A stretch of 64,000 bases of DNA from Trichoplax adhaerens (Eukaryota; Animalia; Placozoa), in assembly GCF_000150275.1 (NCBI RefSeq), contig NW_002060943.1, forward strand, positions 8,316,066 through 8,380,065, written 5' to 3'. Of the stretch, positions 40,801 to 53,449 are shown piece after piece. The position numbers and the translations under genes were made by a program. A model generated the notes under the pieces. The model searched no databases and was not told the origin of the DNA. It was given only the letters and a program-made list of their open reading frames with translations. Numbering within the stretch: the first letter of the stretch is position 1; every line of letters starts with the position of its first letter.

Positions 40801-42335
40801 TTTGTGATGTTCAGATAGGAATTTACTGTTTATGTGATTGATTTCTTTCGAGGATTTCTGTTCTTACCGATAGCTTACGCCCTGTCAGTTATCCTTTAGC
40901 TTAAAGATTATATCGCTCGGTATTAACATTGGTAGCTATTCAATAATGTTCAAGGTGGCTGGGTACATAACAGTATTAAAGTAGCGCGAGCGATAGTATA
41001 GTGCCGTTTATATGTCATAATCTTACGTATGTTCAACAACAGAAATAGTGCAACCATTGAGCGCACATAAGTCGACTATAATGAAGAGCTATTTTTTAAT
41101 AAAAGGAATAGGTGAAGGAGTCAATAAAGATTTGTGATTATTAAGATATGGCAGCATTTGGTTTAGATAATATAGTCGTTTCTCTTAAATTTATTCTGAT
41201 ACTTTCGTGTTAGTGTTGTCAAAATGGACACGTCACGGATATTAATAGATGGCTAAATTTATCAAGATCCTGTTACGTTAAAAGGAATTCGAATATTGGT
41301 TATACGTATTATTTTTTATACTGGATTATAAACACGCAATGGACTACAAAGGAAATTTTTGAATCTTGATGCATTCATCATGGCTATTCTATATTTATTT
41401 ATCATTCATAAAAATATAAAATCACATGGAGAGAGCAAGCATGCGATGATGATATCATAGTCCAATATAATAAAATTAAATCTATTGAAATTACAACTTC
41501 CTGCCTCCAAGGTGAAACAGAAAACATAAGAAATATGTTTTGATAATATTAGAACAATATGCTACGATTGTTATAACGTCAAGTAAATGAGTCTAGAATC
41601 GATATTGAAATGCATTCAATTGTAAATATAGTAAACAACTTTATTGTATCATATAACAAAACTTTTACTCTATGCAAAAGTAAAATGATTGCGTTTTATA
41701 TTGCTTCCAATAAATTAAGTACTTCTAAGCAAGTAGTATGTGCGACGAATAATACTGAAAAATTGCCCATCTATGCTTTTTGATAGCAATATCAATAAAC
41801 TAATTACAGATTTAGTAAAAGATATCACTAATTCAACTGATCCGTTCAAGATCAGATTGACCTTATAGATTCAAATAACTTCTCGTGAATGAGTATAGTT
41901 AACTCGATAAGGAAGCATTGAACGTATAATTACTGACCGTAAATCTCTTATTGTTCCTAGATACCCTCTTAGTCAAAATAAGAATGTTAGTACAATAATT
42001 AATCACCTATATTGAAATATCAAACATGCTTCTATTACAATACAGTTAGGGAGAAGAGCATAAAAAAGCAGGACTAAAGCTGATTTTCTTTGTTGTCAAA
42101 TTAATTTAATTTAATTTTCTGCTACATAATGCTAGGATTTTAAGTATCATAATTAGATTATAATTTTATCTAGCTTTGCTACTATGGGATAAAAAGGTGA
42201 TAGTATTAATTTAATACTGAAAGTTTGCGTTTCAGTTATTATAATCAAATTATGATGATAACTAGTCCGTGTATATGGGATAAATAAGTTATGATATTGA
42301 TTCGCTATTAAATGCTTAGATTTTTGTCGTTACTC

Positions 42336-42578
42336 CCGGAGTAGAAATCTCATCGTGTCCATATGATATTAGATAGAAAGATTATAGTACCAATTCCATT
42401 CAAGATAGATCAAGAGTATAAATAGGTCTTGATCCCTGGCGGCACTCGTTTGTGTTGTTGTTTTACCGGAGTAGAAGTCTCGTCTAGTCCATATAATATC
42501 AGATAGAAAGATTGTAGTATCAATTCCATTTCAGGATAGATCAAGAATATAAATAGGTCTTGATCCCTAACGGCACTC
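42336..42578. repeat. Two-copy ~130-bp tandem duplication, each copy with a GATCAAGA...TCTTGATC hairpin
   Basis: 42336-42447 and 42466-42578 align closely. Confidence 0.9.
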
Positions 42579-44356
42579 TAATTAATAATTAAGAAGCAAT
42601 GTTGATAGTTTTGATGAGAAAAAGTACATTCAAACAAATAAATCTATTTCCTTTAACTGCCTTAAATAGAAAGCTGATTGCAATTCAAATTCTCCTCTGT
42701 TATATACCGTATTTAGACTTTTAAGATGTAGTATTTATGCAATTTAAGATAATCATATTTTTACTGGTATTGAATGAATCAATGTTAACAACAGCAGTAA
42801 TACTCTTAATTGATCATCTTTATTAAGACTAAACGTGGCAGTTTATTGTTAATCATGAACATTGCTAAAATCACAATACAAAAGAAGTTTATCTTGTACT
42901 ATCTTGTTCTAATGTATAAAGTAGTAAACAATCTTTAGATTACTCTTAAAATTAAATTAATAACTGATACTATTGGATGTCATCATATCGAAGTAAACAA
43001 CAATTAATACATGTTTCGATGTCGCAAGTGATAGCCTAATCGCTTTTGCCTGGAATTATTTCGGTAACAAATTGACTTAGGATGTCTCTAAATTAATTAA
43101 AGCATACAACTTTATACAGATTAAAAGGATAAAGCTATCAATATATACTTGAACTAGAAAATCTGTAGAAATGATCAATATTGCGAAAATTTGATTAAAG
43201 GCATATCTTTTCTATCGTTAATTCAATTCTTTAAATACCGCATTTAGTACAAGGGTTAACAGAATCGCACCAATTTGGAATAATTCGATTTGTTTTTTAT
43301 GTTGGAACATTCACTATCGCCTAGCCGCACTGACTTTATTAAGATGATGAGATGTCGCTTAGTAACAACATAACACAATTAATCACAAAAAATATTCTAT
43401 AGAATCCTTATAAGTAGATAAAACGATCGTATAGCGACTGAATTTGCAATCTATGTTGGATAAATTTAGTAGAAAATTATGTAACATTTCCTAATATCAA
43501 TTTTATTTTGTGAACTAAAATTTATCCTTTCATTTTGATATCATCATTCGATTCTTTCACACATTTATCAATACTATTATGATTCATGCATCGTATAAAA
43601 TATTAGCAAGGCACTACAGCAGTGCAGTTCACTTTTATCGTTATTAAACACTATAGCAGTTTATTTAAACTACGGTACTTAACTGAAAGAGAAAGTGGTA
43701 GCATTTATCATACGTTAGAAATACTTTGTTTAGTGTGCGCTTATGTCCCATTCTATGCCAGTAATTAGACGCCGCGTGCATCCATTTTTATTAATTAGCT
43801 AGTATTTACTGAAAATGAAAGCGGGTTTGTAATTAATATTGTAGAAAAATACTATATCCATGGATGACTACCGAAAGTCTTCTCAATCTATTTAAGTATT
43901 TCGATATAAATTGACTACAACCGCACCTGAATTTATAGGCGCTAATGATACTAATTAAAAGCTTGTAGCTACTATAAGAAGAAAGATAAATATGCTCGAA
44001 ATTTTACGTAATAAAGTTAGTTCTTAAGATTAGTGCTTAACATAAAGTTAAAGGCGTAGAAATTACTGAAGATCTGCAAAATTGGGGATAAGGGCTCCCA
44101 AGTGTTTCTTTTAGAGGAATTTTAGTGTTATGATACAAGGAGAAGGTTTGTAGATTTAGCTTTTTCGTTATCAAGTCGCAGAGCTGGGTGGTGATTCTTC
44201 TATGTAGGAATGATGGAGCTAAAAGCTGTAGGCTTAGAAATCAGGAGTATAATCCTATAGCGAAAGTCCGAGTTAAACTGTACTTCTGACTAATTATTTT
44301 GTTGATAAATGTATACTACTGTTTTAAGACAGCATAAAAGGTTTATTTATAGTAAC

Positions 44357-45300
44357 AATATAACGTACGTCATAAACTTTGGGAGTTGATCTGAACGTAA
44401 CCCCGGAAAACAGGAAATTATCAAACATAAATGTTGCTGCTACATCCGATTTCATTCATCAGTTATTGATTAAATTTATTTTAATCAAATCATGTTTCAA
44501 AATCAAAATTATGAACGCATTGTAAGCAAATACTGATATAATAAACTTTAATTACGTTTGCAAATTGATCAATTCATGAGAAATATAACGCACGTCAAAG
44601 CTTAAGAGCTGATCTAAGCGTAACTTGGAAAACAGGAAACTGTCAAATATAAATGTTGTTTATATGTCCGATTTTATTCATCGGTTATCAATTAAATTTG
44701 TTCTTAATCAAATCGTGTTTCAAAGCCAAAATTAATGAACGCACCATTACTAAATACTGATGTAATAAATTTTTGTTATATTTGAGAATTGATCAATTTA
44801 TGGGAAATATAACGTATTTAAATGTAATCCTGGTAAAGAGGAAATTGTCAAATATAAATGTTACTATATCCGATTTTATTCATCGAATGTCGATTAAATT
44901 AATTTTGAATCAAATCGTTTCAAAATCAAATTAATGAACGCTCTACAAGCAGGTACTGGCTCAATAATTTTTACTATACTTTGAAAATTGATCAATTCAT
45001 GGGAAATATAACGTATGTCAAAGTTTAAGAGTTGATCTAAGTGTAACCCTGGAAAGCAGGAAATTATCAAATAGAAATGTTGTTACTATATTCGATTTCA
45101 TTCACCGGTTATCGATTCAATTAATCATATCGTGTTTCAAAATTAAGATTAAGAATATCGAAGGTACTCTATCCAAATTTTGATATAGTAACTTTATTGT
45201 ATTTGAAAACTGATTAATCCATCGGAAATAACGTATGACAAAGTTAAAGAATCGATGTAAGCACAACCCTAGAAATACATGAAATTATCAAGAATTAATA
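44357..45300. repeat. ~220-bp satellite, ~4.3 diverged copies
   Basis: Units begin ATATAACG at ~44357, 44583, 44807, 45006 and 45227 and share ggaaa-aggaaat-tcaaa, ccgattt-attcatc and ttgatcaatt blocks. Confidence 0.9.
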
Positions 45301-46933
45301 AGCACACTGCAAGCAAATATTGATGTATCAAAACTTTATTATATTTGAAATAGATTAATTCGTGGAAATAGGCTATCCAGGTACTCTGTATGAAAAATCG
45401 ATAAAATTGATGGTCTAGCTTTGCAACACTTTGCGACAAATAATATACAAAAGTAGATTTCATCTGCTCAATAATTTATAATTGAACTTTCGTTGCTGAA
45501 AATTTATCGTTATAAATTATTAAAAATACGGCTTATCGCAGATGATTACATCTAAAGTCTCGGATGATTTTGATTCAATTATAATAGTTGATCACTAATA
45601 CCTTGAATAATAACTATAAATAAGGCTATTAGTTTAAGAATGCTATGTACAAATATCTTTTGCAGTTTGCATATGCGCTTTTAATTTATATACAGTACGT
45701 TAATACTAGTATATCTTTTCCTTAGTGTCCTACCTATACAACAATATAAGTAATAAATCTGTAGAAGTTACCTCTTTTATGAGATCTATCTTTACAAGCT
45801 ACGATAATTTATCGTTCACTAATCAAGGCTCTTTTGGAAATGAAAGGTCATCTTTCTATATCTCAAGAACGAAAAGTCCATCAGCAATGTTATACATTCT
45901 TGCCAAATACCGATTGCAGATCGTATTCAGCGTCAAAGGCAAAATCTTTCCATTCAATTTCAGATCTGTATTTTCGATGATTAAATAACCATTTACCGGC
46001 CAAAATATTTATCCACTGTAGAGAGAAGATTGTTACTTTGATTAGAATCAGAAAGATAATCCACTTTTCCGTTCCATGATACCTATATAGCATATACAGG
46101 TACTGTATCATTACTTAAGGCGCTTTTGAGAAGATCATACTGCTTGAAAGCCGGGTATAACTATCATTTTTAAACCAACTTTCACAATTTATGGGCCAAA
46201 TGGACTAGTGCAAAATATATGGATAATAACGCTACGTAAGTTTCCAGTTTTTGCAAGTCTATTTTATAAGTCTAAAAATAGTCATCTTGGACTTTAGAAA
46301 CGGAAACTTGAACATGATATTTCCTTGGAGCAGTTTCAACTCTCCATAGCTTCAGTGAGAACATAATCCCAGGTAAGTATTGATGAAAATAGCCGAACGT
46401 CTTATATTGGGTAGCTTCTGCTCAGAATAATCTTCAACTATAGCTGGTTAATGCAGTATCTTGAACATTCTGATATAGCTCTGGAAGAAGATAGTGCACA
46501 TTGATGATAAAGTAAAAACCGTTACTTCCAATTTCTACACGTATATACCAAACATAAGCATGATACACCTGGATTTTACATTGTAGTAACATTAAATATG
46601 AATGAAAGTTGGAAAAGGATAATGTTCATAGAAGATTAAATAGAAGATGTTACTGGATATTCCTATATGAGCTAGGCATAAATGATAAATATAGATTCCG
46701 CCAACCCTCCTCACATCCATTGCATCGGTTATCAGCAGCTGTATAAATAAGTTTCTCCATGAAATAGCATCTAGATTCTATCGCACAATTCATGATATGT
46801 TGAAAATTTGATATTTTTGATTAATAGATTTGAAGTATTACGTTATGAAGATAACCTTGGCGTGTTATTAAAGTCTATCGTTATGATTCAATCGATCCAG
46901 ATTATCCTAAAAGAAGTAAACGTTAAAAATGTT

Positions 46934-49838
46934 TTATTCGATAATGGAAGAGTTAGGAGAAGATATATTTGTAATTTTGGTTTTGGATTGATGACAGTGT
47001 CCCCTTATTAATGCAAACCATTCTTGGATTTTAGCTCGAGTTTTGGGACTACGAAATAGAAATACGATTGGATTGGAAACATTAGCTATATAAGTAACTT
47101 GGATCATCACAGCTTGAACTTTGAGTAGCGCTGGTGTTGGTTTTGGATTGCAAAATACGATTACGGTGATGATACTATATGGCACATAGGATATGAGATA
47201 AATTAATAAGATGACAGATAGCGTTTTGGCTACAGCTAATTCTGTCTTTTTATTATTACTGAGAGTTAAACTTGTTGACTTCTTGAGTCCTTCAGAAGTA
47301 TTTTCATTTCTTGATGGGGAAGCAGTCATACCAAATACTCTTTTCCTACTACCACGAACTTCTAGAAAGATTTCCATGTAACACCAACAACAAATAGAGA
47401 TGGGTAAGAAAAATTGAAAAATAGAAACGATAATAAAATGGGAGATTTGACTTGTTCCTTGCGTATAACTAGCATAAGTTACACATAAGCCAATATCAGC
47501 TAAGAAAAGAAATCGACCCCAAACGCCAAAAATTTGAGGAATAATAAAAGCAATAGGTAGAATCCAATTAATGATGCAAATAATGGCGATGGAGGATTTA
47601 TCGTTTAATCTTGAAGATTGCTGGGGTTTGACAATGATGATATAGCGCACACCAGCAAGCAAAGTCATAGAATTCAGGTTGGCATAGCCAAAGTAAAGTG
47701 GTAGCGCACTGTATATGCGGCATATTATGTTATTAGCATCGAATCGAAGACCATTACCTTCCAGAAATTGTTGTAAGACGGGTATAAAGATTGAAAAGCT
47801 ACAATAACAACGAGTAATATTGGCGGCCATGAAATAAAGAAAGATATTGCAAAGGTAAAAGAAAAAAAACATCATGTTAGTTAAGCAGACGAGAATATAG
47901 TGTGGCATATTTCCAACTGTAAGTACATTATAATGATCGTTAAATTCGAGAAATATCCATTAGTTAGGTAAGTGAAGGTGCATTTTCTTTTCAATAACTA
48001 TTGTGTCGGGCGAAAATGGAAAGAGAGTAAAAATACTCAATGATGGGAGACTAGAATAATTCTGTACCAATTACTTTAGTAGACGGACTAAGGTCATCGG
48101 TTTCCTGTTTGTTAACATGGAATAGAACAGTCAAAGGCAGAGTAGCAGAATTTTCAATATATGTTTGCTATCTAGCGAATTAATTTTCTTTCTGCGGTTT
48201 GGCGCAGTAAAATCACAAGGCTTAGGGGGTAGGATAGTGCTCGTAGAGTCAAAATTTGTTAGTAACTCAACCAACTGATGGAATTTATTTGCATGATTAA
48301 ACTTACTTTGCATGTTATTAACAAACTGAGAGATGACAAAGTAGGAAACTAATCTAGAGGAAACCAAAACGTATTTATAATGCGGTCCCAAATAGCTGAA
48401 TCTTGAGCTATAAGACTGCTTAAGAACAGTTCAAAATTTAAAGAAATTGTCCCATTTTACCGTAGACGGTCAGACTGAAGGTAGCAGTTCTAGGCAACTT
48501 TTAGCTGACAAACCAATTTACGAAAATATCATAAAGAGTAAAAGTTTTATAAGAAATTAAAGCTTCTAGAACTTTAATTTCTTGAATTCTTTCCGGATAT
48601 TTTAGGGCAGCATTTACGCGTCCATCGATACTGAATGGCAAAGATTGATTTACTCTATACTGATTGAGCATAAATACACTACGAAAAGGCGGATAAGATT
48701 AATTAAATTCATGTTGTGTACTCTAGCGAATTAACAAATTAAACATCTATTTTATCACTGTTTCAGCAGCATATACTAAGATTGGAAATTTGGATTACAG
48801 ACGCCTGACTTATGTTATAACTATTAATCCGGTAGCACTTTAATTATATTATTGCTCATATCATGACCAAATAATTTTATTCTGGCCTATAGCTTATTAG
48901 TATTAATTGATCAAGATTAAATCTCTTTTCGTCTTTGTATCTGAACAACTATCATATCAGTCATTTAGATCAATGATTTGACCAAAAAAAATCATGATCA
49001 TTAATTTAACAGTAATTAATTTACAAGGCTTAGTGATTGATATTTCTTTGAGATCATGTCTAAACTCACAATACATCAACAGTAGCGTAGTTAAGAGATA
49101 AGTGGAGGATTAATTAGCAATCTGGAAGCGATAATTTATTCTTCTCATGTATATAGAACTTCCGTGATCCATCCTTAAATTGTAGTAGTACTGAATAAAC
49201 TTTGTGTTAGATTCGCGAAAGCACAAGAAATGTATAGCTGCTATCGATATTATAGCTAGAGAAAAGATGGCGAAAGAAATATCATTCAATGATGAATTAG
49301 AATTGAAAATCAATCATTTTCTTTACAGTCCTTATAATCAACTTGTAGGAAAACCATTTTCCATAAAATCATGCTAAAAAAACCGGAATGGGTCACTTTT
49401 AGAGTGAAAGAAGAACTAGCGCAAATAGAATAATTCCGTACTGAAGAAAATTGTTATAGCCGTATTCAAACGTATGTGGAAATAGGTAGCTTAGTAAGAA
49501 TATTTAATCTAGCAAACAACCTTAAAATTAATATCTATGGCTAAGGTATAACGTCAAATATTAAACAGGATAGAACTACGCTTCAAAGGAAAGCAAGTAT
49601 CCATGATCTATTTCTTGATAACTTACCTAACGATGGCGTATAAAAGATCAGACAAGGCTAGATTCAAGATCAAAAAATCATGAATTTTAAAGTTTTTCAA
49701 GGTTCGTAAAACATTCCAACAGACAACAGAATTACCAGTTACTCCGATAGCAAAAAAGAGAATATGAGATGCAATTAAGCCTTGAGTAAATGGGATTGTA
49801 AAATTACTAATAGCGGATTCATTAGTGGTGAAGGCCAT
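46934..49838 (-). CDS. Class A GPCR, 358 aa; exons 49838-49627, 47798-46934
   Basis: GN, NLALSDLLY, C, VRY, SYVPY, NPIVF; same phase-2 intron position as its neighbours. Confidence 0.92.
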
Positions 49839-50589
49839 CGCGATTTTGTTTTTAACTGTGGTGCAAATGCCTTGTAATTGCGGTTAATCACTGAAGAATT
49901 GCACTAATAATCCATCACGATGATTAGTTTTCTTCTTCAGTCAAACAATGTAGTCAGAATTAATCCACCGTCATCAATAATATTACTCAATCATTCCTTC
50001 AAATGCTTTTATCCTTGAATTGGAAAATGGATATTGTATACATCGGAAAAACCGGAACTGATCAACTTGTTATCCGTTTTTAAGTGTTATTTTTCTACCA
50101 TCCCTTCGTCAATAATCGACGATATTCATCGCCAGGATCGAGAGGAAAAAAAATACATATGTGGCTCTTGTTACAAAGTAACACAGCAGCAGAATCATCA
50201 ACGGCAACATTACCAATTCAATGATTCCATTGCATAACAATAGGTCATGAATAATATCTTACAATCTATTTATATGGCATGATTAACTGAAGGGAGATTA
50301 TTAACATTTTAATGAACAAAAATAAATACGCATTATAATGGATGATAAGCTGAACTTTCAATCCATCAGAAAGGGAGTTTTAGATAGGAGGTAAGAAAGA
50401 GAGAGCTAATAAATTTGTACTAGGAATGCTGTATTGGTCAACTCAATTCATTTATAGCATCATTGGAGATTCATTTATATCAAAATCGGAGATTGGTTTA
50501 TTTGTTGACTTTTATACAAGGCTTTAATTGATGACTAATCGTATATTTTTAATTTGGATAATTAGATTAATATTCTATTTAATAATTAC

Positions 50590-51600
50590 AGACTACAGGA
50601 GTTTGAAGTACGACTATTTTAGATCACCAATAAGAATACATCAATCTATTCGTTTAGGAAACTGTATGAGTATCAAGTACGACCATTTGCTATCATCAAT
50701 ATTACGGTTTAGCTGATCATTCGATTAGAAAGTATACAACGTGATTAACTTCGGTGGCACTATGGAAAATAAGCTGTGTAGGCTAAATCAAGCCCAAAGT
50801 AGATAAAATGTATCTTAAGATGACGTAGGATTCTCATATTTCAGATAACAATCAATTTAGACTCTCTAGACTACATGACGATCAAGCATGGCCATTTTTT
50901 TGTCATCCACGTTACGATTTTACTAATCGTTTGATTAGAAATTTTATATCTCAATATGATATAGGATTCCCTTATTTCAAATAAGCCTATACTGCATGAG
51001 CACCAAGTATAGGTACTATTTGCTATCAATATTACGACTTGAGTGATCATTTGATTCGATATTATACCTTAAGATGACATAGGATTCTCATATTTCAAAT
51101 AATAATTAAATAAAACTCTGTAGATTATATGAGTATCAAGTATGGCCCTTTTTGTCGTCTATGGTATGGCTTAACTGATCATTCGATTCTATACTATATC
51201 TTAAAATGACGAAGGATTCGAGTATTTCGTATAATAATCAAATAAGACTCCGTAGACGGCATCAGTGTCAAGTATGGCCATTTTTAATCGTTTATTTTAC
51301 AATTTTATTGATCGTTTAATTCGATGCTATATTTTAAGAAGACATAGAATTCTCGTACAAATAATTCTTGTATTTCAAATAGTAATCAAATGAGACTGTA
51401 GACTATATGACTAACAAATATGGCCAGATTTTGTCAGCAGCATTATCAATATTATGGTTTAACGTTTGATTAGAACTACTGTATATCATGAGAAGATATA
51501 GGATTCTTGTGTTTCAAATAAAACTATTTAGGACTGTAAAACGATTGTGGATTATACAGATATGAACTTATGGCTATTCTACACCGTCAATACCATAGTT
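50590..51600. repeat. ~120-150-bp degenerate satellite upstream of the second GPCR
   Basis: Recurring taggattc-tatttcaaat, tcaagtatggcca and tgatcatt-gatt blocks; aggattc-like anchors near 50827, 50963, 51082, 51213, 51345 and 51500. Confidence 0.85.
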
Positions 51601-53449
51601 TAAGCAATAATTATATCACTGAATTGTAAACTCGTCTTCAGATGACTAATTATTCTCATCTTTTCAATAATACTAGTACAAACTCCCGTCGCTTTGCTGA
51701 CGGTTCACGATAATGTACCCATTTGTTAATAATTAACAGATAGCATTACCATTCGATAAGACACATTTTAGATTACAAGATTGATCACTTCTAATTAACA
51801 AGTGGGTCGTCAAAGAGACACTAATTAGGCTGAAAATATTCGGATGACTAATAGTATATTGGCAATGGCAATAGTTCAGTCTGGACTCTATAGCTCTAGA
51901 CCACCAAAGTGTGAACTACAATCCATTTCATATCGTCAATATTGTGGTTAAGGGACAATCTGACTAAAAACTGGTAAGAGGATGTTTGCTTTTACATTAT
52001 TAATCATGATCAATTTGTTCAGTCTATTCAAAGCAATAGATTGAGCATAATTTGCAATTTTTGTTTTTGTCTAATATTATATCAGCAAAGCGACGTGAGT
52101 TTGTCCTAGTATTATTAAAAACAATGATCGATTTTAATTGTGGATAGAGATAAAATCTCTGACCTAACTATTATAGTCTGGATTGTTTAGATTACTCAGT
52201 TTATTCCAATCCTGATTAGACTGTAGTTTAAATCTATGTACGCATATTGGCGAGAATACAAGGGCCACCTCTTAGAAATTATACTAATTTTAGCTTCTCA
52301 GGGGTGTAGGCTATNNNNNNNNNNNNNNNNNNNNNNNNNNNNNNNNNNNNNNNNNNNNNNNNNNAGATATAGGATTCTTGTGTTTCAATAAAACTATTTA
52401 GGACTGTAAAACGATTGTGGATTATACAGATATGAACTTATGGCTATTCTACACCGTCAATACCATAGTTTAAGCAATAATCATATCACTGAATTGTAAA
52501 CTCGTCTTCAGATGACTAATTATTCTCATCTTTTCAATAATACTAGTGCAAACTCCCGTCGCTTTGCTGACGGTTTACGATAATGTGCTCATTTAACAGA
52601 TAGTATTACCATTTGTCGTAGACCTGTCAGAGGTTCAGTAACTTTATACCGTGTACTGTGTAGTAGTAGAGTGTATGACATATACTGATATACATACCGC
52701 ATTTCTCTAATCTTACAGTAACTCTCCATTTTTAGCTATGTGGAACACTCTTACCCACTCATTCATACTGTATAATATATATATATATATATATTAGTGT
52801 AAGCTCCCGTCGCTTTACTGACGGTTTACGATAATGTGCTCATTTAACAGAGGTTCAGTAACTTTATACCGTACCGTGTAATTCGATAAGATAAGACACA
52901 TTTTAGATTACAAGATTGATCACTTCTAATTAACAAGTGGGTCATCAAAGAGACACTAATTAGGCTGAAAATATTCGGATGACTAATAGTATATTGGCAA
53001 TGGCAATAGTTCAGTCTGGACTCTATAGCTCTAGACCACCAAAGTGTGAACTACAATCCATTTCATATCGTCAATATTGTGGTTAAGGGACAATCTGACT
53101 AAAAACTGGTAAGAGGATGTTTGCTTTTACATTATTAATCATGATCAATTTGTTCAGTCTATTCAAAGCAATAGATTGAGCATAATTTGCAATTTTTGTT
53201 TTTGTCTAATATTATATCAGCAAAGCGACGTGAGTTTGTACTAGTATTATTAAAAACAATGATCGATTTTAATTGTGGATAGAGACAAAATCTCTGACAT
53301 AACTATTATAGTCTGGATTGTTTAGATTACTCAGTTTATTCCAATCCTGATTAGACTGTAGTTTAAATCTATGTACGCATATTGGCGAGAATACAAGGGC
53401 CACCTCTTAGAAATTATACTAATTTTAGCTTCTCAGGGGTGTAGGCTAT
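51494..53449. repeat. Near-identical duplication flanking an assembly gap (51494-52314 vs 52365-53449), probably two uncollapsed haplotypes
   Basis: The left copy ends exactly at the N run and the right copy starts exactly after it; few substitutions plus a ~265-bp insertion in the right copy. Confidence 0.9.
52315..52364. other. Assembly gap (50 N)
   Basis: Run of n characters. Confidence 1.

Noticed and set aside
44357-45300. CRISPR-like array interpretation of the periodic repeats
   Set aside because: Eukaryotic context; whole units are homologous, with no unique spacers and no cas genes
51494-53449. A genuine recent tandem duplication
   Set aside because: The copies abut an N gap exactly, the typical signature of uncollapsed alleles
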